DNA of 63,834 nucleotides, filler included, from Lama guanicoe (GCA_013239625.1; 80 parts of 78 records of this genome joined end to end with filler, not necessarily neighbours in it), one strand, 5' to 3'; counted from the first letter of the whole stretch, positions 11,800 through 24,024 are shown. Program-made: numbers and translations. The notes: generated by a model from the letters alone, not told the origin.

Positions 11800-12437
11800 A
11801 ATTTAGAACATGGAATTCAGAACACAGAATTTAGAATACAGAGTACAGTATATTGAATGTACAATATAGAATTTTGAACACGGAATAATGATTATAGAAT
11901 ACAGAATACAGAACCCAGAATTTAGAATATAGAATACATAATACAGAATATAGAATGTAGAATTCAGAATGTAGAACACAATATGGAATATACAATACAG
12001 AATACAGAATATAGAATGTAGAATACAGAATGTAGAACACAGAATATAGAATATAGAATGCAGAATGCAAATCCGAGAATTTAGAACGTGGAATTCAGAA
12101 CACAGAATTTAGAAGATAGAATACAGAATATAGAATGCAGAATACAGAATGTAGAACACAGAATATGGAATATAGAATACAGAATACAGAACCAAGAATT
12201 TAGAACCTGGAATTGAGAAGAGATAATTTAGAATATAGAATTCAGAACATAGAATATTGAATGTAGAGTATAGAAGGTAGAACATGGAATATAGTATATA
12301 GAATACAGAATACAGAACACAGAATTTAAACATGGAATTCAGAACTCAGAATTTAGAATGCAGAATACCGAATATAGAATGTAGAATGTAGAATGTAGAA
12401 CACAGTATATAGAATATAGAATACAGAATACAGAACC
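11800..12437 (+). repeat. AT-rich heptamer satellite (AGAATAT/AGAATAC/AGAACAC/AGAATTT/GGAATTC variants), family C
   Basis: Continuous 7-bp periodicity of nGAAnnn units. Confidence 0.97.
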
Positions 12438-12537
12438 NNNNNNNNNNNNNNNNNNNNNNNNNNNNNNNNNNNNNNNNNNNNTTAATTAATTAANNNNNNN
12501 NNNNNNNNNNNNNNNNNNNNNNNNNNNNNNNNNNNNN

Positions 12538-12925
12538 AGGTCTCACCTGGGATTTCTCATATGCTTATATTCAGTGGTGCCTGGGATTGAAGGCTCCACA
12601 GGGTTCGACGTTCAAGATGATTTACTCACACGGCTGCCAGTTGGCTTGGAACGCAGCGGGGGGTGGGTGACAGGGCACATACGCATGGCCTCTTCTGGTT
12701 TGAGCGTCTCCAGCAGGACAGCTGCTTTCTGAGAGGGATGGTCCCAAGAGTGAGGGTTCCAAGAGACCCAGGCTTCTGAGGACCTAGCCTGGGCCATCCC
12801 AGAATATCATTTCCAACTCGCTCGGTTGGCCAAGCAAGTTACTATAATCAGCCCAGATTCAAGGTCAGGAAAATGAGACTCCATGTTTTGATGTGAGGAA
12901 CCACATGCACACACCAGAGGAGTGG
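12538..12925. mobile_element. MaLR (MLT1-like) LTR fragment
   Basis: ttcaagatgatttactcacacggctgccagttgg...agcccagattcaagg...gactcca motifs. Confidence 0.7.
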
Positions 12926-13300
12926 NNNNNNNNNNNNNNNNNNNNNNNNNNNNNNNNNNNNNNNNNNNNTTAATTAATTAANNNNNNNNNNNNNNNNNNN
13001 NNNNNNNNNNNNNNNNNNNNNNNNNATTGCCAGTCTCCAACTATTACCCCAGCCAGGTTTATGTAGATACAAAACTTACAACATTAATTGGGAATAAAAA
13101 AAAATAAACTCAGTCTGAAAATAACTAACCAGGCCTGATAAAAACATTTTTTGTAATTCTGAACTTATAAAAACAAAATCCCCTTTAGGGGGTACTTGGA
13201 TTTCTCTTCCTGTGTCCTTGAAATGTAAATGTTTTATCTTTCTCTGGGTGTTTTAAGTGTGTGTATGTATGTATATGTATGTTTAGTTTATTTTTTAAAG

Positions 13301-13378
13301 GAAACCTTGGACTCCGCCATACAAAAGTTTCAAGTATTGTGTACATACGGTGGCCACGCAAATAAATTGGGATTCTAA
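13301..13378 (+). CDS. Candidate terminal coding exon, unidentified (ETLDSAIQKFQVLCTYGGHANKLGF*)
   Basis: Acceptor tttattttttaaag at 13287-13300, open frame to TAA, then AT-rich UTR-like sequence with ATTAAA near 13670. Confidence 0.3.
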   Translation, partial: ETLDSAIQKFQVLCTYGGHANKLGF

Positions 13379-14336
13379 GCAATTCTTTGATTGTACCAAT
13401 TTTCAGATATTTTGCCATCTTAAACTTTGCTGCATCAGCCTGGACCACAAAGGCTTTTAGCTTTTGGAGAGTAAACCTTTGAATTTTATTTAGGCAACAC
13501 CCCAACTCTCATGTTGAAGGGCCTCTTCATCTTATTGGTTTAAAATCACTATTTATATATTTGTATATAAATTGATGGCCATATGATGGATTTTTTTGAT
13601 TTGGAAAAACTTTTTAATTGGTGAAAGTTTAAAGAGATTTCATTATAAACAGCTGTTTTATTGGTATCTATTAAAATCAAGTTTAAATGTAGAAAAATAT
13701 ATCTAATGGTTAACCTAAGAACTTAGTNNNNNNNNNNNNNNNNNNNNNNNNNNNNNNNNNNNNNNNNNNNNNNNNNNNNNNNNNNNNNNNNNNNNNNNNN
13801 NNNNNNNNNNNNNNNNNNNNNNNNNNNNNNNNNNNNNNNNNNNNNNNNNNNNNNNNNNNNNNNNNNNNNNNNNNNNNNNNNNNNNNNNNNNNNNNNNNNN
13901 NNNNNNNNNNNNNNNNNNNNNNNNNNNNNNNNNNNNNNNNNNNNNNNNNNNNNNNNNNNNNNNNNNNNNNNNNNNNNNNNNNNNNNNNNNNNNNNNNNNN
14001 NNNNNNNNNNNNNNNNNNNNNNNNNNNNNNNNNNNNNNNNNNNNNNNNNNNNNNNNNNNNNNNNNNNNNNNNNNNNNNNNNNNNNNNNNNNNNNNNNNNN
14101 NNNNNNNNNNNNNNNNNNNNNNNNNNNNNNNNNNNNNNNNNNNNNNNNNNNNNNATTAATGAAAAACTGAGAAGTGCCTTAGCTCTTCGGCTGAAACTTG
14201 GGCATCCTAGAGACTTCTATAAAATTATATACAATGNNNNNNNNNNNNNNNNNNNNNNNNNNNNNNNNNNNNNNNNNNNNTTAATTAATTAANNNNNNNN
14301 NNNNNNNNNNNNNNNNNNNNNNNNNNNNNNNNNNNN

Positions 14337-15158
14337 TAGAATAAGGAATTCAGAACACAGAATTAAGAATATAGTATAAAGAATAATGAATATAGTATTA
14401 AGAATATAGAATGTAGAACACAGAATATAGAATATTGAATACTGAATAAAGAATTTAGATTATAGAACTTAGGACACAGAATAGACAATATAGAATACGG
14501 AATGTAGAATATAGAATGCAGAATATTGAATATAGAACACAGAATATAGAATAGGGAAAAATATAATACAGATCCCAGAATTTAGAACATGGAACGCAGA
14601 ACACAGTAGTCACAATACAGAATACAGAATACTGCATATAGAATTTAGAATATGGATTGTAGGACACAGAATTTAGAATATAGAATACGGAATACTGAAT
14701 AAATTAATTAGAATATTGAATGTGGAACACAGAATATAGAATATAGAAAACGGAACACAGAATATAGAATTTAGTATATAGAAGGTAGAAATCAGAATAT
14801 AGAATATAGTATAAAGAATATTGAACCCAGAATTTAGAACATGGTATGCAGAACACAGAAATTACAATATAGAACACAGAATACTGAATATGGAATTTAG
14901 AATATAGAATGTAGAACACAGTATAAAGAATATAGAATACGGAATGTAGAATATNNNNNNNNNNNNNNNNNNNNNNNNNNNNNNNNNNNNNNNNNNNNNN
15001 NNNNNNNNNNNNNNNNNNNNNNNNNNNNNNNNNNNNNNNNNNGAACACAGAGAATATTGGATACAGTATACTGAATATTTTATTTAGAACATAGACTGTA
15101 GAACACAGAATAAAGCATATACAATACGGAATGCAGAATATATAATGTAGAATATAGG
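14337..15158 (+). repeat. Heptamer satellite, family C
   Basis: AGAATAT-type 7-bp periodicity. Confidence 0.96.
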
Positions 15159-15258
15159 NNNNNNNNNNNNNNNNNNNNNNNNNNNNNNNNNNNNNNNNNN
15201 NNTTAATTAATTAANNNNNNNNNNNNNNNNNNNNNNNNNNNNNNNNNNNNNNNNNNNN

Positions 15259-15760
15259 ATTTTATAGTCTATATTCTGTATTCTGCATACCATGTTCTTA
15301 ATTCTGTCTTGTGTATTCTGTTTCCATATTCTATATTCTGTGTTCTAAATTCTATATTCTGTATACTATATTTTGCATTCCGAATTCTATATTCTATTTT
15401 CAGTGTTCTACATTGTATATTCGAAATTCTATGTTCAGTATTCTGTATTCTATATTCTAAATTCTGTGTCCTGCATTCCATGTTTTAAATTCTGGGTGCT
15501 ATATTCTATACTCTATTCTATATTTTGTGTTTTTCATTCTTTATTCTACATTCTATATTCTGCATCCCGTATTCTCTATTCTGTATTATGTGTTCTNNNN
15601 NNNNNNNNNNNNNNNNNNNNNNNNNNNNNNNNNNNNNNNNNNNNNNNNNNNNNNNNNNNNNNCTAAATCCTGTATATTCTCTATTCTCTATTCTACATTC
15701 TGTGTTCTAATTTCTATATTCTTAATTATTTATTCAGTATACTTTACTCTATATTCTAAA
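15259..15760 (-). repeat. Heptamer satellite, family C (reverse orientation)
   Basis: TATTCTA-type 7-bp periodicity. Confidence 0.96.
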
Positions 15761-17339
15761 NNNNNNNNNNNNNNNNNNNNNNNNNNNNNNNNNNNNNNNN
15801 NNNNTTAATTAATTAANNNNNNNNNNNNNNNNNNNNNNNNNNNNNNNNNNNNNNNNNNNNAAATGATAAAGAGTTTCTGATTTTTGTTTTAATGCTATGA
15901 AATGTAAATAAAATTTCAGCATATGCTACTAAAATAAGACACTGTGGAGGAAAAGCCAGAGATTGTAGAACAGAGACCCAAAGCATCCTCTTCTCCAAGG
16001 CACAGGAGGACAGCCATGACTCTACGTGACAAGGCTGGAGTCACATGGGCTCCCTGTTTTCCTTGNNNNNNNNNNNNNNNNNNNNNNNNNNNNNNNNNNN
16101 NNNNNNNNNNNNNNNNNNNNNNNNNNNNNNNNNNNNNNNNNNNNNNNNNNNNNNNNNNNNNNNNNNNNNNNNNNNNNNNNNNNNNNNNNNNNNNNNNNNN
16201 NNNNNNNNNNNTGCTTTTAGATTAAGAAATAGACATTAAAAAGCATAACTAGGAAATCTTATCTTCCAGAGGTCATTGCACAGATGAAATAGGAGAATAT
16301 CTGTGAATCACTCTGTAAACACTAAGTACAATACAAAAAATAGTAGTACTGATTCTATGTCACATTCATCTAAAAAGGAAAACAGAACAGTTTTCTACCA
16401 GAAGGAGAAGGTGCTGTGCAATTTTCTGTCACTTTAATTCTTCAAAAGTTTCTATAAATTTGATGTCTTTAGAAAAATCAATGCACATTAGGGACTAATT
16501 TTAATTCCTTCATCTCCCCCGGTTTAACTCATATCAAGAATGTTACCATTACTAGACACTTTACTTAGGAAAGCCTTTGATATACATGAGGCACAGAACA
16601 CAGCAAATTGTCAGTATCACTCAGGATAGGAAACCCATGTTTGATACCCGAATTTGAAGACATGAAGAAGATGCCTGACATGTCCCACATTCAAGCTATT
16701 TCAAACACTTGTTTCTTCTTGGTCCAGAACAGACATGTATTTGTTGATGTGAGACTCTTTAAGTGAAAAGGTCAACCCATCATTACCACTTTAGAGACTG
16801 AAATCTTACCCTACTCATCCATGTGGACATAGTATCCTTAACTGATTTCTAACATGAAAAATGACCATCGATGCCATCTCAGGATGCTCCAATGCAGAGG
16901 TTCTCTGCTGCAGTGAGGAGGAAAGATCCGTATACTTCAAGATGCACTTACTGTCTGTAGCTCACTTGGTAAGACACTGCAACNNNNNNNNNNNNNNNNN
17001 NNNNNNNNNNNNNNNNNNNNNNNNNNNTTAATTAATTAANNNNNNNNNNNNNNNNNNNNNNNNNNNNNNNNNNNNNNNNNNNNTCATTTGACAATTCCAT
17101 GTTATTTAAAATGCCAAATGAAACTTACTAGTTTATAATCTCTCTTTGGGATGTTACAGGGGCCTTCTGTAGCATCCCAAAGTTAACCGAAGATTAAAAA
17201 GACTTTAATTAGAATTTTATATTTGGGGAGCTTGTTAAAAGATTTCATAACACTTGGTCAGATAAACATATAGATCACTGTAAAGTAGTACTAATTCATT
17301 AACAAGAAAATACATCAAAGGTAAAGGCAGAACAGCTAA

Positions 17340-17727
17340 AGACTTGGTTTCAGTATTTTTGTTTACTGACATGGTTGCAGTATTCTCATTCACATTGTAG
17401 TATTTTTGTTCACAGACTGATTATGGATAATCTGCAACCTTGGAAAGCAACCGAGATGGAATTACTGCAGGTACCTTCTGCTTTGATAAGCCGTGTGCAA
17501 ACATAAACATGGAGGAAGCATACACTTGGATTTGGAGGTGTAGGGAAGGGATTCTGCACATTACAGGAGAACGCAATGCAGAATTACTTAAGTCCACCTT
17601 TCTTTACTGTAGTGGTTTCTGAGAACTGTTTATGGTAATTAACCAACATTGACAAACGGTGGCACACATTGCATTTAAGACCTGGCTGGTTGCAAACTTG
17701 TGTATTGGACCGGAGGAATTCATAGGC
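17340..17727 (+). repeat. Duplicated segment, paralogous to 26423-26805 in inverted orientation
   Basis: Near-identical sequence; both copies give the ORF MESNRDGITAGTFCF...STFLYCSGF. Confidence 0.92.
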
Positions 17728-17749
17728 AAGGGGTCAGGTGGATGGGAGA

Positions 17750-17910
17750 GAGATGGAGCCAAGGCCTGGGACCAGATTCTGGTTTAAATCGCCATTTCTT
17801 CACCATAGGGCCTTGGAATAGAATGCAACCTCTCTTAACCTGTTGGAGAATCAATGAAATGGGCATGATAATATTCGTTTCTTCCTGGGATTGTTGTAAG
17901 TTCTAAAGAG
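17750..17910. mobile_element. MIR SINE fragment
   Basis: accagattctggtttaaatcgcc...gggccttgg...aacctctcttaacctg...aatgggcatgataata...gggattgttgtaag. Confidence 0.6.
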
Positions 17911-18112
17911 TAACTATACTTCAATCTTATTTTATCTGAAAATGGCATATCTATTTAATAAATTCCTGTCATTTAACTTAATTTAGCACAACTCTAGAAT
18001 TTAAAGATACCANNNNNNNNNNNNNNNNNNNNNNNNNNNNNNNNNNNNNNNNNNNNTTAATTAATTAANNNNNNNNNNNNNNNNNNNNNNNNNNNNNNNN
18101 NNNNNNNNNNNN

Positions 18113-18590
18113 CATCAACAAGAGAAAGGACAAAACCACATGATCATCTCAATAGATGCAGGAAGTCATATGAAAAAATTCAACACCCACTTATGATGAA
18201 AACTCTCCCCAAAGTGGGCATAGAGGGAACATATCTCAGCATCATGAAAGTTATAGATAACAAACCAACAGCTAGCATAATACTCAACGGTGAGAAAGTT
18301 AAAACCTTATCTGGGATACGACAAGGACACACACTATCACCACTCCAACTCAAGATAGTCTTGGATTTCCTAGCCACAGCAATCAAAGAAGAGAGAGAAG
18401 TAAAAGGGATGCAAATTTGAAGGGAAGAGGTAAAAGTCTCACTATATGCAGATAATATGTTACTACATATAGAAAACCCAACAAGATGCAGACAAAAACT
18501 ACTAAAGCTGATCAAAGAATTCAGCAAGGTAGAAGATTACAAATTAAGGTTCAAATACCAGTGACATTTCTTTACGCTAATGATTCAGAT
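18113..18590 (+). mobile_element. LINE-1 ORF2 reverse-transcriptase fragment (inactive)
   Basis: Translates to HMIISIDA...IQHPLMMKTLPKVGIEGTYL...KPTASIILNGEK...SGIRQG..LSPL...VKVSLYADNML. The catalytic ADD motif is mutated to ADN, and there are stops and frameshifts. Confidence 0.95.
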
Positions 18591-18799
18591 AATACTATAG
18601 AGCTACANNNNNNNNNNNNNNNNNNNNNNNNNNNNNNNNNNNNNNNNNNNNTTAATTAATTAANNNNNNNNNNNNNNNNNNNNNNNNNNNNNNNNNNNNN
18701 NNNNNNNCTATGGATACGGCCTTTCTTCGAGCACCTCCTCTGGGACCACTGGTCTCCTGTGTGTCCCCATACTTGGGTCCTGGTCAGAGCATCAGAGAA

Positions 18800-19370
18800 A
18801 TGCAGTCACCATGGCTGCCCTTTGATTCTGGCTTCTTTCACCCAGTGTGATGCACCTGAGATCCATCTGTGTTGTTTTAGGTGCTAATTGTTCACTGCAG
18901 GCCCCTTAATGAGTAAGTTCCACAGCATGGATGCATCACACTTTGTTTATCCTCCACCGGATGTAAAATTAGGNNNNNNNNNNNNNNNNNNNNNNNNNNN
19001 NNNNNNNNNNNNNNNNNNNNNNNNNNNNNNNNNNNNNNNNNNNNNNNNNNNNNNNNNNNNNNNNNNNNNNNNNNNNNNNNNNNNNNNNNNNNNNNNNNNN
19101 NNNNNNNNNNNNNNNNNNNNNNNNNNNNNNNNNNNNNNNNNNNNNNNNNNNNNNNNNNNNNNNNNNNNNNNNNNNNNNNNNNNNNNNNNNNNNNNNNNNN
19201 NNNNNNNNNNNNNNNNNNNNNNNNNNNNNNAGTCATTCTCACACACATCACATGGCATCACATATTTTTAATTTTCTTCAGTGACTTACACTGGTGAACA
19301 TAACTTAAGGGCTTATTTGTCAACTTCATATCTTGCTGGTCAAGTGTTTGGTCAAACCATTGCCCAAAGT
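18800..19370 (-). mobile_element. Old L1M 3' fragments
   Basis: ctggcttctttcacccag...gagatccatctgtgttg...ttccacagcatggatgcatcacactttgtttatcc. Confidence 0.6.
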
Positions 19371-19589
19371 TCAAGCTCAGAGTTCCCCAATATTACGTGT
19401 ACTAATTTGTGAGTGTGTGTGTCTGTGTGTGACTATGTGATGAGTCCTGTGTGATATTATCACGTATGTAGGTTAAAATCTAGCAGAGANNNNNNNNNNN
19501 NNNNNNNNNNNNNNNNNNNNNNNNNNNNNNNNNTTAATTAATTAANNNNNNNNNNNNNNNNNNNNNNNNNNNNNNNNNNNNNNNNNNNN

Positions 19590-20650
19590 CTGTATTCTAT
19601 ATTCAATTTTCTGTGTTATTCATTCTATATCCTTAATTCTATATTTTGAATTCTGTATTCTATATTCTAAGCTCCGTGTTCTATATTCTATATTCTAAAT
19701 TCTGTGTTCTGCATTCCATGTTCTAAATTCTGTGTTCTATATTCTATATTCTATATTCTATATTCTGTGTTCTGCATTCCATGTTCTAAATTCTGTGTTC
19801 TATATTCTATATTCTATATTCTATATTCTGTGTTCTGCATTCCATGTTCTAAATTCTGTGTTCTATATTCTATATTCTATATTCTATATTCTGTGTTCTG
19901 CATTCCATGTTCTAAATTATGGGTTCTGAATTCGTTTTTCCATATTCTATATTCTGTGTTCTAAATTCTATATTCTGAAAAATATATTCTACATTCAGTA
20001 TTCTATATCCTATATTCTGTGTTCTTCAATCTATATTCTAAATTCTATATTCAGTATTCTGCTATTCTATAATCTTTATTCTGAGTTCTGCATTCCATGT
20101 TCTAAATTCTGGTTTCTATATTATCTCTCCTATATTCTATATTTTGTATTCTTTATTCAATATTCTACATTCTATATTNNNNNNNNNNNNNNNNNNNNNN
20201 NNNNNNNNNNNNNNNNNNNNNNNNNNNNNNNNNNNNNNNNNNNNNNNNNNNNNNNNNNNNNNNNNNNNNNNNNNNNNNNNNNNNNNNNNNNNNNNNNNNN
20301 NNNNNNNNNNNNNNNNNNNNNNNNNNNNNNNNNNNNNNNNNNNNNNNNNNNNNNNNNNNNNNNNNNNNNNNNNNNNNNNNNNNNNNNNNNNNNNNNNNNN
20401 NNNNNNNNNNNNNNNNNNNNNNNNNNNNNNNNNNNNNNNNNNNNNNNNNNNNNNNNNNNNNNNNNNNNNNNNNNNNNNNNNNNNNNNNNNNNNNNNNNNN
20501 NNNNNNNNNNNNNNNNNNNNNNNNNNNNNNNNNNNNNNNNNNNNNNNNNNNNNNNNNNNNNNNNNNNNNNNNNNNNNNNNNNNNNNNNNNNCATGCTCTA
20601 TATACTGGATTCTATATTCTATATTCTGTGTTCTACATTCTATATTCTAA
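19590..20650 (-). repeat. Heptamer satellite, family C, containing perfect 63-bp (9x7) tandem copies
   Basis: Three identical 21-aa repeats (CIPCSKFCVLYSIFYILYSVF) in the ORF track at 19704-19920. Confidence 0.97.
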
Positions 20651-21564
20651 NNNNNNNNNNNNNNNNNNNNNNNNNNNNNNNNNNNNNNNNNNNNTTAATT
20701 AATTAANNNNNNNNNNNNNNNNNNNNNNNNNNNNNNNNNNNNNNNNNNNNCTCACATATTTCCCTGTTATTCTCACTTTACTGATAAGGAGACTGAGAAC
20801 TAGGTCTCTCTTTTGGTGGGGGCTCATTATCAATGATAGGAAGTTGTAAGGAAAAAGATATTGATTCATCCTGAGAAAACATTTTTCTGAGTGTCAGCAA
20901 TGAAGAAGATGAACACTGAAGAAGGTGTTCATTGTTCGAGTGAGACAAGCCCTTGGTTGTACGGAGTCAGCATCCCTGTCCTGGACACGGCACGGGTAGA
21001 GCTGCGTGGCGNNNNNNNNNNNNNNNNNNNNNNNNNNNNNNNNNNNNNNNNNNNNNNNNNNNNNNNNNNNNNNNNNNNNNNNNNNNNNNNNNNNNNNNNN
21101 NNNNNNNNNNNNNNNNNNNNNNNNNNNNNNNNNNNNNNNNNNNNNNNNNNNNNNNNNNNNNNNNNNNNNNNNNNNNNNNNNNNNNNNNNNNNNNNNNNNN
21201 NNNNNNNNNNNNNNNNNNNNNNNNNNNNNNNNNNNNNNNNNNNNNNNNNNNNNNNNNNNNNNNNNNNNNNNNNNNNNNNNNNNNNNNNNNNNNNNNNNNN
21301 NNNNNNNNNNNNNNNNNNNNNNNNNNNNNNNNNNNNNNNNNNNNNNNNNNNNNNNNNNNNNNNNNNNNNNNNNNNNNNNNTGTGCACAGTATGCAGCGTG
21401 GTCTCCAGCACAGTATCAGTGCTGAGTGAGTGCCAGTGAGTACCAGGTAGGTCAGGTGAGGGTGNNNNNNNNNNNNNNNNNNNNNNNNNNNNNNNNNNNN
21501 NNNNNNNNTTAATTAATTAANNNNNNNNNNNNNNNNNNNNNNNNNNNNNNNNNNNNNNNNNNNN

Positions 21565-22291
21565 CAGGGACAGAGGCTGACTCCCCAAGGTCAGGGAAGG
21601 TATTTCTCGGACCACCAAAAAACAGGGAACACCTGTGACTGAAGAGAGCTGCGTGGAGTTGTCTCTCGAGCTCCCCTACGCACTGACAATGGTTCCGGAA
21701 TCCTGAGCGTGGGGAGGTTCCACCATCGGTAGGCAGCGCGTATGGTCAGGGAAGGTATTTCTCGGACTTCCCCGAACAGGGAACACCTGTGACTGAAGAG
21801 TGCTGCGTGGAGTTGTCTCTCGAGCTCCCCCACGCACTGACAAAGGTTCCAGAATACTGAGCGTGGGGAGGTTCCACCAACGGTCGGCACCGCGTGGGTT
21901 CTAACGGAATGCCAAAGCTCGTCTCCGCTGAGGGTTTTCCTAATGTCTCTGTGCCAGGGAATGCTAGGGGGGTTTGCAGGAAGTCCCAGTGACAGAGGCT
22001 GCCTCCCCAAGGTCAGGGAAGTTATTTCTCAGACTTCCCCGAGCAGGGAACACCTTTGACTGAAGAGAGCTGCGTGGAGTTGTCTCTCGAGCTCCCCCAC
22101 GCACTGACAATGGTTCCGGAATCCTGAGCGTGGGGAGGTTTCACCAACGGTCGGCAGCGCGTGGGTTCTAAAGGAATTGCAAAGCTCAACCCCCTGAGGG
22201 TTTTCCTAATGTCTCTGTGCCAAGGAATGCTAGGGGTATTTTGAGGAAGTCCCAGTGACAGAGGCTGCCTCCCCAAGGTCAGGGAAGTTAT
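21565..22291 (-). repeat. ~267-bp satellite, family A (reverse orientation), including one truncated monomer
   Basis: GGTCAGGGAAG at 21589, 21744, 22011, 22277 (spacings 155, 267, 266). Confidence 0.95.
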
Positions 22292-22391
22292 NNNNNNNNN
22301 NNNNNNNNNNNNNNNNNNNNNNNNNNNNNNNNNNNTTAATTAATTAANNNNNNNNNNNNNNNNNNNNNNNNNNNNNNNNNNNNNNNNNNNN

Positions 22392-22799
22392 GAATATAGA
22401 ATTTAGAATATACAATGTAGAAAAGAGAATAAAGAATATATAATTCGGAAAGCAGAATATAGAATACAGAATATAGAATGTAGGACACAGAATATAGAAT
22501 ATGGAAAACAGAATATAAAACCCAGAATTGAGAATATGGAATGCAGAAGACAGAATTTAGAATATAGAGAACAGAATACTGAATATAGAATTTCGAATAT
22601 AGAATGTTGAACACAGAATTTAGAATATAGAAAACAGAATACTGAATATAGAATTTAGAATATAGAATTGAGAACACAGAATAGAGAACATAGAATANNN
22701 NNNNNNNNNNAGAATTTAGAACATGAAATTTAGAACACAGAATTTAGAACATAGAATACAGAATACTGAGTATCGAAATTAGAATATAGAATGTAGAAC
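22392..22799 (+). repeat. Heptamer satellite, family C
   Basis: 7-bp periodicity. Confidence 0.96.
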
Positions 22800-22899
22800 N
22801 NNNNNNNNNNNNNNNNNNNNNNNNNNNNNNNNNNNNNNNNNNNTTAATTAATTAANNNNNNNNNNNNNNNNNNNNNNNNNNNNNNNNNNNNNNNNNNNN

Positions 22900-24024
22900 T
22901 TCAGATCTGTATGCACAGTACCAACGGAGGGAAGTGTGTCAATTTTCAGTTGATGATTTCACACGTCTTTAAACTTTCTAACAGTGCACAGTACACAGAG
23001 ACCCACTAAAGGAAACTTATGTTCCTGTAATATCCGTACACCCGGAATACATATCCGTCGGTTGATTTCTGCTGAAACCCCCGCACTNNNNNNNNNNNNN
23101 NNNNNNNNNNNNNNNNNNNNNNNNNNNNNNNNNNNNNNNNNNNNNNNNNNNNNNNNNNNNNNNNNNNNNNNNNNNNNNNNNNNNNNNNNNNNNNNNNNNN
23201 NNNNNNNNNNNNNNNNNNNNNNNNNNNNNNNNNNNNNNNNNNNNNNNNNNNNNNNNNNNNNNNNNNNNNNNNNNNNNNNNNNNNNNNNNNNNNNNNNNNN
23301 NNNNNNNNNNNNNNNNNNNNNNNNNNNNNNNNNNNNNNNNNNNNNNNNNNNNNNNNNNNNNNNNNNNNNNNNNNNNNNNNNNNNNNNNNNNNNNNNNNNN
23401 NNNNNNNNNNNNNNNNNNNNNNNNNNNNNNNNNNNNNNNNNNNNNNNNNNNNNNNNNNNNNNNNNNNNNNNNTTTCTTTTGAATAATCATGGTTCCCTTG
23501 GTATACGTCAGCCAACCGTACCCTTTGGGTGCTTGTTTTTTGGTTTGATTCTTTGTTGGTCTGCTTCTCGTTTGTTTTGCAAACACGTCAGGCCATGCAT
23601 CTCTCCGTTCGCTTCCAACTGAGAGTCATAGAAGCTGATTCACTTAAGATAGTGCTTCCAATCACCTATGATTTCCTGCTTCCCTCTCCCATCTTTAGGG
23701 TTTTGATGTCCTCCTTGCCTTCTTCTTGTTTCTTCTTTGCCACTCATGCTCTACTTGCATTTCCAATAATGGTTCTCTTCTTTGCATTTAATCTTGCTGC
23801 TTTTCTATTCAGGGGAGTATTCTTATGCTTTCCTCTAGGATAAGGTTCGAACTGCTGAAGTCTTTTAAGATTGGCCGGTCTGTGGAATTCTCTAGCTCTG
23901 CCGTTATTAGAATTGGCGGTCATGTGGCCTAGGCTACCCTAGATGACAGAATTTTGCCATTCAGAATATGGTCTCTGTCCTGGCACTCCTCCCTGTTTTC
24001 CAGTATTGCTGCCGAGATATCAGC
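22900..24024 (-). repeat. Multi-copy element derived from highly diverged L1 (endonuclease region to ORF1), copy 1
   Basis: Matches 47440-48193 and 54460-54640 (rc). The minus strand of ~23935-24024 translates ADISAAILENREECQDRDHILNGKILSSR, like L1 ORF1 ADFSAETLQARREW..I...GKNLQPR. Confidence 0.8.

Noticed and set aside
13185..13505. 106-aa minus-strand ORF
   Set aside because: No recognisable homology, it crosses a (TA/CA) microsatellite, and the plus strand has the better exon signals.
18113..18607. Novel reverse-transcriptase system
   Set aside because: An ordinary L1 ORF2 fragment with stops, frameshifts and a mutated catalytic motif.
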